A stretch of 35,210 nt of DNA, taken from contig JAUCBJ010002870.1 of assembly GCA_032718475.1 (NCBI GenBank), forward strand, positions 1 to 35,210. The letters are read 5' to 3'. The DNA comes from Nemertoderma westbladi (Eukaryota; Animalia; Xenacoelomorpha). Positions within the stretch are counted from its first letter, which is position 1. Each line of letters begins with the position of its first letter. Under the pieces are notes generated by a model. It was not told where the DNA came from and searched no databases. It saw only the letters and a list, made by a program, of their open reading frames with translations. Both the position numbers and the translations under genes were made by a program. Shown here piece by piece: positions 21,580-31,450 of the stretch.

Positions 21580-23183
21580 TACCTCGTGGTCAACCAACCC
21601 CGCCGGTTGTAGCCGTGGGCTACAACCCCGAACCGACCAAGAGTTACCTCGTGGTCAAACCGGGGTTGGAAGACGAGGCCCAGGCGATGTTCGGTCCGAG
21701 TGGAATTCGGATCTGTGCCGGTCACCGTTTCCTCGGGGGATATATCGGAGATGAGGCTGGCCGGAAGGAGTTCGTTGCCAAGAAAGTCGATGGCTGGGTT
21801 GGCAATATCGGGAAACTCGCGGGGGTTGCAACAGAGTACCCCCAGACCGCCCACACGGGAATGTCCCGCTGTGTGCAGGCGGAATGGGACTACCTGCTGC
21901 GGGTCGTACCCACCCACGCCGAGGATGTCACCCCAATTCGGACGGCATTGCTAAGTAAGTTCATCCCCTCCCTCTTCGGGTGTTCTAGTCTGCAACCGGC
22001 CGACGAGGATCTCACCCTCCTCCCAGCCCGCCACGGCGGCATCGGACTGCGGGACCCTACAATGCGGCAGACCCCGGCACGCTCTGCGTCCATGGAAGGC
22101 ACCGCGGTAGTTTCCGAGGCGATCCAGAGGACGCAACCTCTCCACGTGGCCGACCACACTGCCAAATTGCGAGCCGTCCTCACAGCTAGCCGCATCTCCC
22201 AGGACGAGGCCTACAAGGAGAAGCGGGAGGCTGCGTTGGGAGCTCTACCGGCAGACCGCAGGCGAACTGCGACGCGAGCGGTCCTAAACAAAACCGGCGG
22301 CTGGTTGACGGCCCAGCCAAGCATCCTGGACGCCACCGACCTCAGTGCCGAGGAGTTCCGGGACAGCCTGAACCTCCGGTATGGCCTCGTCCCACCAGGA
22401 CTCCCGTCCAAGTGCGAGGGATGTGGGGGGACGTTCTCCACCTCGCACGCGCTCAGCTGCAAGTCCGGCGGCCTCATCGTGAAACGCCACGATGAGGTTC
22501 GCGATGTTTTTGGGGAACTCCTGGCGTCGGCGTTTGGTGCGCCCAGCATTGAGCGGGAGGTGACCCTGTCCCGGGGGTACCTCGACAGGGAAGGTAGGGA
22601 GGTAGGGGGAGTGCGGGCGGATTTGGTCGCGCGAGGGGTTTGGGCGAACCAGAGAGTGGCGTCGTTTGATATTGCGGTAATTAACGCTGACGCCACCTCT
22701 TACGCCCAGACCAACCGCTCGACCGAGTCCCTCCTGGAGCAGCGGTGCCGGTTAAAGAAGATGCATTACCGGACCGTCTGTGAAGACCGGAGGATGTCAT
22801 TCACCCCTCTGGTGGGCACCACCGACGGTGTCTGGAGCGCCGAGGCCCAGATCCTCATCCGCCATCTCGCCGAGACACTCGTGGCCCGGCGGGATGGAAT
22901 GCGAGAGAGGGGCCTCGCGTGTGTCATGGGGGGTGTTCGACGGCGGCTGCAGTTCGCGCTTCTCCGGTCCAGCTCCCTCTGCCTCCGGGGCGGCCGACGG
23001 TCGTGGCGAGGCTTGGGCTTCGGGGACGGGGCCGGTCTGCGAGGTGCGGGGCTGGCAGACCAGTTCTGAGTCGCTTTGTGTGGTGATGGGTATTTGTATT
23101 TTTAATTTGTATAACGGTCTAATATATATATATATATCCACATATATATTGTGTTTAAATATAATAATATTTACAAATCAAAA
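21580..23183 (+). mobile_element. 5'-truncated CRE-like non-LTR retrotransposon (RLE type) nested in copy B
   Basis: Abrupt GC-rich block inside an A-rich tract, with an AT-rich 3' UTR. Possible imperfect TSD TAATTAAAAA(A)TAA at 21565-21577 and 23184-23197. Confidence 0.85.
21615..23069 (+). CDS. Partial ORF: RT C-terminal region, CCHC zinc finger and restriction-like endonuclease
   Basis: GYNPEPTKSYLVV, HRFLGGYIG, LPARHGGIGLRDP, FRDSLNLRYG, CEGCG..HALSCKSGG..RHDEVRD, RADL..RGVW..FDIAV..K..HY..FTPLV..DG. The RT catalytic core is absent. Confidence 0.88.
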   Translation: MGYNPEPTKSYLVVKPGLEDEAQAMFGPSGIRICAGHRFLGGYIGDEAGRKEFVAKKVDGWVGNIGKLAGVATEYPQTAHTGMSRCVQAEWDYLLRVVPTHAEDVTPIRTALLSKFIPSLFGCSSLQPADEDLTLLPARHGGIGLRDPTMRQTPARSASMEGTAVVSEAIQRTQPLHVADHTAKLRAVLTASRISQDEAYKEKREAALGALPADRRRTATRAVLNKTGGWLTAQPSILDATDLSAEEFRDSLNLRYGLVPPGLPSKCEGCGGTFSTSHALSCKSGGLIVKRHDEVRDVFGELLASAFGAPSIEREVTLSRGYLDREGREVGGVRADLVARGVWANQRVASFDIAVINADATSYAQTNRSTESLLEQRCRLKKMHYRTVCEDRRMSFTPLVGTTDGVWSAEAQILIRHLAETLVARRDGMRERGLACVMGGVRRRLQFALLRSSSLCLRGGRRSWRGLGFGDGAGLRGAGLADQF

Positions 23184-23254
23184 TAATTAAAAAATAAACT
23201 TGGTAGAAGTTAGGTAGTAAGAGAGTAGTACCGTTAGTTAGAAAGAAAGTAGTA

Positions 23255-24150
23255 GCAGTAGAGGGTTGTGGGCACCATAAGCGCCACGTAGGGAGAAGAG
23301 CAGTAGGGGGTTGTGGGCACCGTAAGCGCCACGTAGAAAGTAGTAAGCAGAGTGGTTGTGGGCACCGCAAGCGCCACGTAGTTAGAGTTAGTAGGGGATG
23401 CGTTGAACTAAGTGGGGCACGGGCGTGATGACGTGTTTGATGTAAGAGCAGGGTATGTTAATTAGGGTGGGTGCCGGGCACAAGAGGTGCCGGGCACAAA
23501 AAAGAGTTAGTAGTAGAGTTAGTAAGAGTTAGTAGAGAGTTAGTAAGAGTTAGTAGTAGAGTTAGTTGAGTTAGTAGAGTTAGTAAGAGTTAGTAGTAGT
23601 TCACATAATTTACGTACCCACTCTGCCGGCATTCAGAGCGTCACGTGCAGGCGAATAGATGTAAAGGAAGTAAGTTAGAGATAGAGTAGAGTAGTAGAGA
23701 GGGCACATATGGTGCCAGGTAGTAGAGTTAGAGTATTAGAGGTAGTAGAGAGGGCACATAGGGTGCCAGAGAGTAAAGTAGTAGAGAGGGCACATAGGGT
23801 GCCAGGTAGTAGAGTTAGAGTGTTAGAAGTAGTAGAGAGGGCACATAGGGTGCCAGAGAGTAGAGTAGTAGAGAGGGCACAAAGGTTGCCAGGTAGTAGA
23901 GTTAGTGTTAGAGGTAGTAGAGAGTGCACATAGGGTGCCAGAGAGTAGAGTAGTAGAGAGGGCACATAGGGTGCCAGGTAGTAGAGTAGAGCAGAGAGGG
24001 CACATAGGGTGCCAGGTAGTAGAGAGGTAGTTGAGTAGTAGAAGGGCACATAGGGTGCCAGATAGTAGAGTGGTTGTGGGCACCGCAAGCGCCACATAGA
24101 AGGAAGTAGTAGCAAAGGGGTTGTGGGCACTGCAAGCGCCACGTAGTTAG
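23255..24150 (+). repeat. Mixed tandem repeats in the 3' region of copy B
   Basis: GGTTGTGGGCACCGCAAGCGCCAC units (three near 23264-23380, two near 24072-24143), GAGTTAGTA runs, and about nine GGCACATAGGGTGCC units at 23700-24060. Confidence 0.9.
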
Positions 24151-24706
24151 AAGAGTGGGTAGAGTTAGGGAGTTCTAGTTAGAGGGCTAGAGAGTTGGTA
24201 GACTTAGAGGAGTCAAGTAGAGTTAGTAGAAGTAGAGAGTTAGTAGGAGTTAGTTAGACTTAGTAGAGCTAGTTAGAGTCGGAGAGTTAGTAGAAAGTAA
24301 GATAGTTAGATAGTTAGCAAGTAAGTAGTAGGTAGATAGTATGATAGCACAGGGGTAGCATTAGAGATTAGGGCCTTGGAGAGTGGTAGAGAGGAGATAG
24401 TGAGAGGAGTATGGAGAGAAGTTAGAGTGCGATTCAGGTGTGGGGAGAGAGTAAGAATGGGGAGTTGAGTTAGAGAGCGGAGCTAGAGTGGTGAGAGTGC
24501 CGGGGAAACAAAAATTGTGTGAGAGAAGCTCACGATCGGCCCGACACGAGACGCCAGAGGGTAGTGACATCATACCCATAGGGAGCGACCTGGAAAGCCG
24601 GCTCCGAAAGAAAATAGACCCACCCCACACCCGATACTAGATCGGGATCCAGCGGAATTGTAGCGCACTTTAGGTGGATGCTATCTTCTCACCGGGAAGA
24701 TAGCAT

Positions 24707-24715
24707 GGGGGGGAG
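24707..24715 (+). promoter_or_regulatory. Polypurine tract (plus-strand primer)
   Basis: GGGGGGGAG immediately before the TGT of the 3' LTR. Confidence 0.85.
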
Positions 24716-25245
24716 TGTTAGCTTATCCAATTCCGCTAACACAACCCCATAGAGTGAGTCATTAAGCAATATTGGGGGCCACGAGGTTGGTTACCCAATC
24801 TCGTGTCACCCCAACAAAGTGGGAAGGAGAAACACACAATAAGGGTCAGGGGCCAAACCCCTAACAGAGAGAGAACCGCAGGAGTGAAGGGAAACACTCC
24901 AAAGGGTGCCAACAGGGATATTAGCCAATCAGGGGGGAAGCATCGGCTGAGTAGCAATATGGCCAACTGTGCAATATATATTACCGGTCGGTGCAGCATT
25001 CATTCAGTTACCCTAGTACAGTCAGGCAGAACGGTAACAGTTAGGACCGTCACCGCCGTCACCATATTACCGGTACATTACCATCATTAACTGCTATCTG
25101 CTATCATCCTATTTATACTGTATCAGTGTATTTCATATATTAACAATAATGTCGGAGCAACACAAACTCTTTTCCATCACGGTACGGCGGGGACGCGTAC
25201 ACAAACAACACCGGATAAACAGGGATCCTCTCGGATCCCGTCACA
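24716..25245 (+). repeat. 3' LTR of copy B
   Basis: TGTTAGC...CGTCACA, followed by the TSD TCCAC. Confidence 0.97.
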
Positions 25246-28200
25246 TCCACCCTTCCACCAGCCTCAGCCCAATCCAACTGCTCCTCCCTATACCACCCGC
25301 TATGGCTCCAGCTCCACCCTTCCACCAGCCTCAGCCCAATCGAACTGCTCCTACCTATAACACCTGCTGTGGCTCCAGCTCCACCCTTCCACCAGCCTCA
25401 GCCCAATCCAACTGGTCCTCCCTATAACACCCGCTGTGGCTCCAGCTCCACCCTTCCGCTTGCACCAGCCCAATCCAACTGCTCCTCCCTATACCACCCG
25501 ATGTGGCTCCAGCTCCACCCTTCCACCAGCCTCATACCAATCCAACTGCTCCTCCCTATACCACCCGCTGTGGCTCCAGCTCCACCATTCCACCAGCCTC
25601 ATACCAATCCAACTGCTCCTCCCTATACCACCCGCTGTGGCTCCAGCTCCACCCTTCCACCAGCCTCATACCAATCCAACTGCTCCTCCCTATACCACCC
25701 GCTGTGGCTCCAGCTCCACCCTTCCACCAGCCTAAGCCCAATCTAACTGCTCCTCCCTATACCACACGCTGTGGCTCTAGCTCCACCCTTCCACCAGCCT
25801 CAGCCCAATCCAACTGATCCTCCCTATACCACCCGCTGTGGCTCCAGCTCCACCCTTCCACCAGCCTCAGCCCAATCCAACTGCTCCTCCCTATAACACC
25901 CGCTGTGGCTCCAGCTCCACCCTTCCAACAGCCTCAGCCCAATCCAACTGCTCCTCCCTATACCACCCGATGTAGCTCCAGCTCCACCCTTCCACCAGCC
26001 TCAGCCCAATCCAACTGCTCCTCCCTATAATACCCGCTGTGACTCCAGCTCCACCCTTCCACCAGCCTCAGCCCAATCCAACTGGTCCTCCCTATAACAC
26101 CCGCTGTGGCTCCAGCTCCACCCTTCCGCTTGCACCAGCCCAATCCAACTGCTCCTCCCTATACCACCCGATGTGGCTCCAGCTCCACCCTTCCACCAGC
26201 CTCATACCAATCCAACTGCTCCTCCCTATACCACCCGCTGTGGCTCCAGCTCCACCATTCCACCAGCCTCATACCAATCCAACTGCTCCTCCCTATACCA
26301 CCCGCTGTGGCTCCAGCTCCACCCTTCCACCAGCCTCATACCAATCCAACTGCTCCTCCCTATACCACCCGCTGTGGCTCCAGCTCCACCCTTCCACCAG
26401 CCTAAGCCCAATCTAACTGCTCCTCCCTATACCACACGCTGTGGCTCTAGCTCCACCCTTCCACCAGCCTCAGCCCAATCCAACTGATCCTCCCTATACC
26501 ACCCGCTGTGGCTCCAGCTCCACCCTTCCACCAGCCTCAGCCCAATCCAACTGCTCCTCCCTATAACACCCGCTGTGGCTCCAGCTCCACCCTTCCAACA
26601 GCCTCAGCCCAATCCAACTGCTCCTCCCTATACCACCCGATGTAGCTCCAGCTCCACCCTTCCACCATCCTCAGCCCAATCCAACTGCTCCTCCCTATAA
26701 TACCCGCTGTGACTCCAGCTCCACCCTTCCACCTGCCTCAGCCCAATCCAACTGCTCCTCCCTATAACAACTGCTGTGGCTCTAGCTCCACCCTTTCACC
26801 AGCATCAGCCCAATCCAACTGCTCCTCCCTATACCACACGCTGTGGCTCTAGCTCCACCATTCCACCAGCCTCAGCCCAATCCAACTGCTCCTCCCTATA
26901 CCACCCGCTGTGGCTCCAGCTCCACCATTCTACCAGCCTCAGCCCAATCAAACTGCTCCTCCTTATACCACCCGATGTGGCTCCAGCTCCACCCTTCCAA
27001 CAGCCTCAGCCCAATCCAACTGCTCCTCCCTATACCACCCGCTGTATCTCCAGCTCCACCCTTCCACCAGCCTCAGCCCAATCCTACTGCTCCTCCCTAT
27101 AACACCCGCTGTGGCTCCACCTCCACCCGTCCACCAGCCACAGCCCAATCCAACTGCTCCTCCCTATACCACCCGCTGTGGCTCCAGCTCCACCCTTCCA
27201 CCAGCCTCAGCCTAATCCAACTGCTCCTCCCTATAACACACGCTGTGGCTCTAGCTCCACCCTTCCACCAGCCTCAGCCAAATCCAACTGCTCCTCCCTA
27301 TACCACCCGCTGTGGCTCCAGCTCCACCCTTCCACCAGCCTCAGTCCAATCCAACTGCTCCTCCCTATACCACCCGCTGTGGCTCCAGCTCCACCCTTCC
27401 ACCAGCCTCAGCCCAATCCAACTGATCCTCCCTATAACACCTGCTGTGGCTCCAGCTCCACCATTACACCAGCCTCAGCTCAATCCAACTGCTCCTCTCT
27501 ATAACACTCGCTGTGGTTCCAGCTCCGTCCTTCCACCAGCCTCAACCCAATCCAACTGCTCCTCCCTATAACACCCGCTGTGGCTCCAGCTCCACCCTTC
27601 CAACAGCCTCAGCCCAATCCAACTGCTCCTCCCTATACCACCCGATGTAGCTCCAGCTCCACCCTTCCACCAGCCTCAGCCCAATCCAACTGCTCCTCCC
27701 TATACCACCCGCTGTTGCTCCAGCTCCACCCTTCCACCAGCCTCAGCCCAATCCAACTGCTCCTCCCTATCCCACCCGCTGTGGCTCCAGCTCCACCCTT
27801 CCACCATCCTCAGCCCAATCCAACTGCTCCTCCCTATATCACCCGCTGTGGCTCCAGCTCCACCAGCTTCAGCCCAATCCAACTGCTCCTCCCTACCACC
27901 CGCTGTGGCTACAGCTCCACCCTTCCACCAGCCTCAGCCCAATCCCACTGCTCCTTCCTATACCACCCGCTGTGGCTCCAGCTCCACCCTTCCACCAGCA
28001 TCCACCCAATCCTACTGCTCCTCCCTATAACAGCCGCTGTGGCTCCAGCTTCAGTCCAATCCAACTGATTCTCCCTACCACCCGATGTGGCTCCAGCTCC
28101 ACCCTTCCAACAGCCTCAGCCCAATCCAACTGCTCCTCCCTATAACACCCGCTGTGGCTCCAGCTCCACCAGCTTCAGCCCAATCCAACTGCTCAACCCT

Positions 28201-28425
28201 ACCACCCGCTGTGGCTTCAGCTCCACCCTTCCACCAGCCTCAGCCCAATCCCACTGCTCCTCCCTATACCACCCGCTGTGGCTCCAGCTCCACCCTTCCA
28301 CCAGCGTCAGCCCAATCCAACTGCTCCTCCCTATAACAGCCGCTGTGGCTCCAGCTTCAGTCCAATCGAACTGCTCCTCCCTACCACCTGATGTGGCTGC
28401 AGCTCCACCCTTCCAACAGCCTCAG
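25246..28425. repeat. 67-bp satellite, right block
   Basis: Same unit as the left block; resumes in register after the TSD. Confidence 0.97.
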
Positions 28426-28954
28426 TGTTAGCTTATCCAATCCCGCTCACACCCCATAAAGTTGTAAGCCGATAAGCAATATTGGGAGCCACGAGATTGG
28501 ATAGTTAACCAATTCGTGCCATCCCAATAAGAGTGGGAAGGAAGCACACAATAGAGGGTCAGGGGCCAAACCCCTAACCCAGAGAGAACAGGTGGAGTGA
28601 ACGGGAACACTCCACGGGGCGCCAACAAGGGTATCAACCAATCAGAGGGGGGCAAGGCATCGATTAGGTAGTAATTAGGCCAACCGTGTAATATAATCAG
28701 TAACCTATTAATCAGTAATTCAGTTATCTCAAGTGCAGTAGAGCTAGCTTAGGTTAGTTAGTTTAGATAGGGGAGCACGGGACTTTTAGTTACCGTATCC
28801 CGCCTTCCACATATCTATATCTATATCTATACCCATTGATTATTATACACCGAACATCAGAACTCATTCACCGTTTCGTTTACTCTTTATACACGGCGGG
28901 GACGCATAAACTAAAATACCGGATAAATCGGGATCCCTCCTGGATCCCGTCACA
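28426..28954 (+). repeat. 5' LTR of copy C (529 bp)
   Basis: TGTTAGCTTATCCAATCCCG...GGATCCCGTCACA. Confidence 0.93.
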
Positions 28955-29023
28955 GTAACTAAAACCAGCTGCCGCCCCAGATAAAACTCGATAACCACTA
29001 GCCACCGAAACCTGCAGAAGAGG

Positions 29024-31450
29024 ATGAGTCAGTCAGGTGACACGACACCAACGCGGACCCCGGACGAAGACCAAACGATCCGTGAGGCCGCAACCAGGCG
29101 ATACAGACCCACGACACCGGAGCCATCGATAACGGGCGAACCGGAAGTTCAAGACGAGGGGAGCCTGGAACAAGAGGTCGAGCCGAGAGGAAGGGAGAGC
29201 GAGACGGAGGAAGACGGAGATGAGTCGACACGGGACGGAGATCGGCGCACCGATGTTGCCGGCCAGCTACAGGCCGAGGGCGACGAGCGGCCCACCGAAA
29301 CGGCGACGGTGGGGCCGACGGTGCGACGCCGGACGCGAAGAGACGGAGGAGACATCGGTACCGATGTCGCCGGCCAGCTACAGGCCGAGGGCGACGGATG
29401 GCCCACCGGAACGGCGACGGTGGAGCCGCCGGTACGACGTCGAACCCGGAGGGACGGAGGAGAGGTCGGCGACGAGGACGTCGGGCTTTCAGAGCGACTT
29501 CGACGGGCCTACAACGCGACCCAGAAGCTGATGAAGGACGCCAAGAAGGAAGGGGCGAAGGTAGACGAGGTGAGACTGAGAAAGCGACTAGGTGAGTCGG
29601 ATAGACACTTTAATTACCTAATACTTTTTGGGCAGAGAGAACTAGCCGAGGAGAGAGCAAAAGGGGTTGCCGGCGAACTGTTTGAACTATGGGAGTGTGG
29701 GAGTATGGAACCTAGCGTAGCGCCAGTGTACATAGGGCCATACTTGGTCGATGCCCGGGGAGTAAAATTAGTGGGTTGGAGGGGACCCGAGGGGGGCGGA
29801 TCCGAGGTTAACCCCGAGGATTCGGCCTCGTCGGTCGGAGAAAGTTCCGGGAAGCGGGGGAAAGTTAGTAGGTCGGGAAGGCGGAGGGGGTCCGCTGTAA
29901 CCGATAAGTCTGCTACATCCTCCGCGAAAGAAAGAGTGGTGAGAGAGATAGGTGCCGCATACCGTCTCAGCATGGTAGAACAAGGTCAGAGGGAAATGGA
30001 GGAACGGTTAGAGGAGGGGAGAGTGCGGTTAGCGAGGGAAGCGGCATTGATTAGAGAAACCGGAGAGAGGGCCGAAAGGGCTTTGAGAAGCCTTAGGGAG
30101 TGTGAGGAAATAGAAGAAAAGGAGTGTAGGGAGCGTGAGGCGAGGGAGGATAGGGAACGCAAAGAGCGTGAGGCGGAACGCAAAGAGCGTGAGGCGGAAC
30201 GCAAAGAGCGTGAGGCGGAACGCAAAGAGCGTGAGGCGGAACGCAAGGAATATGAGGCGAGAAGGGAAAAGGAACGCAAGGAGCGCGAGGTGAGACGAAG
30301 GGAGAGCATTAGGAGTGTGGCGGAGTCGGCCGCCCGGGACACCCAGGAGTGTGAGAGGAGAATGGCAGAGGCTGAACGAGAGCAAAAGGAATTAAAGAGA
30401 CGCCAGAATGTGCTTGCGGAAGATAAGACTAGCGGGCGCACGAGTTGCAACTGGTGCAAGCGTCGCCGTCTGAGGCTCGAGTATTTTTGGGGAGCCGGGG
30501 GCCGTAGATACATTTATTGATACCCCACTGACAGGGACCGCACGACAGACTCAAAACTGGTGCGACCGTACGGGTGGGGGGGGGGGGGGGGTAATAATGA
30601 TAATGGTACAGTAGACGTGGTTAATATTAATAGTACCGTATGGGACAACTCTAATCAAACCTTTATTGCAGGAAATACTTTACCTAGTGGTAGTAATTTA
30701 AATTTAAATCAGAACGTCCCTAGTATTAATGTAGAAAATAATTCTAATATTAATGTAATTACGCAAAATAATTCAAATAATCAAAATAATAACCCAAATT
30801 CGAACCTACAAAATAATTTAAATAACGCGATTACGCAGAATAATCCAAATAATTTAAATAATGATCCAAGCCCGAATTTACAAAATAATTCAGATAGTGT
30901 AGTCGCGCAATATAATTCAAATGATTTTGTTTCGAACGAACAAATTAATTCCATTTCCAATATGGGTGCTATTAATGTAAACGCGTCGGGCGTGTATGGC
31001 CAGACAGACGAGGGCCTGGTAGGCCACGTAGTTGGTAGGCAGGGAATAGCTGGGTTAGGTAGACCCAGCGAGGGCCTGGTAGGCCACGTAGTTGGTAGGC
31101 AGGGAATAGCTGGGTTAGGTAGACCCAGCGAGGGCCTGGTAGGCCACGTAGTTGGTAGGCAGGGAATAGCTGGGTTAGGCAGACCCAGCGAGGGCCTGGT
31201 AGGCCACATAGTTGGTAGGCAGGGAGTAGAGGGCCTGGTAGGCCACGCAATAGCAGAGGGAGAGGCGGGGGTGAATAGACCCGACCGCGGTAGGCTTGAT
31301 GTGTCGACTGGAGAGGGATATAGTAGCGGGGTGAGGAGTAGCGAAGTTAGATGTGGCGAATGGGGGGGGGGGTTACGAGAACCCCACAACAGCGAGTTAG
31401 CGGCGAAAGGGGGGGGGGGCAGAGAGTGTCCCACAGCCGTCAGCGGATAA
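29024..31450 (+). pseudogene. N-terminal extension of the copy C polyprotein, split by frameshifts (ORFs 29024-30520 and 30560-31450)
   Basis: Colinear with copy A 16340-14400. Contains a 111-bp duplication (29249/29360), 21-bp EREAERK repeats, an Asn-rich segment and 60-bp repeats (31010-31240). Confidence 0.8.

Larger units (their letters stand above)
19704..25245 (+). mobile_element. Non-autonomous BEL/Pao-family LTR element, copy B, complete, with 5-bp TSD TCCAC
   Basis: Two 530-bp LTRs with about 9 differences by eye; TCCAC at 19699-19703 and 25246-25250; PPT before the 3' LTR; no capsid or pol sequence. Confidence 0.95.

Noticed and set aside
17512-28431. Many Pro/Gln-rich ORFs (APAPPFHQPQPNP...) resembling extensin or mucin
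   Set aside because: They are translations of a 67-bp satellite. The unit is not a multiple of 3, so all frames cycle through the same peptides.
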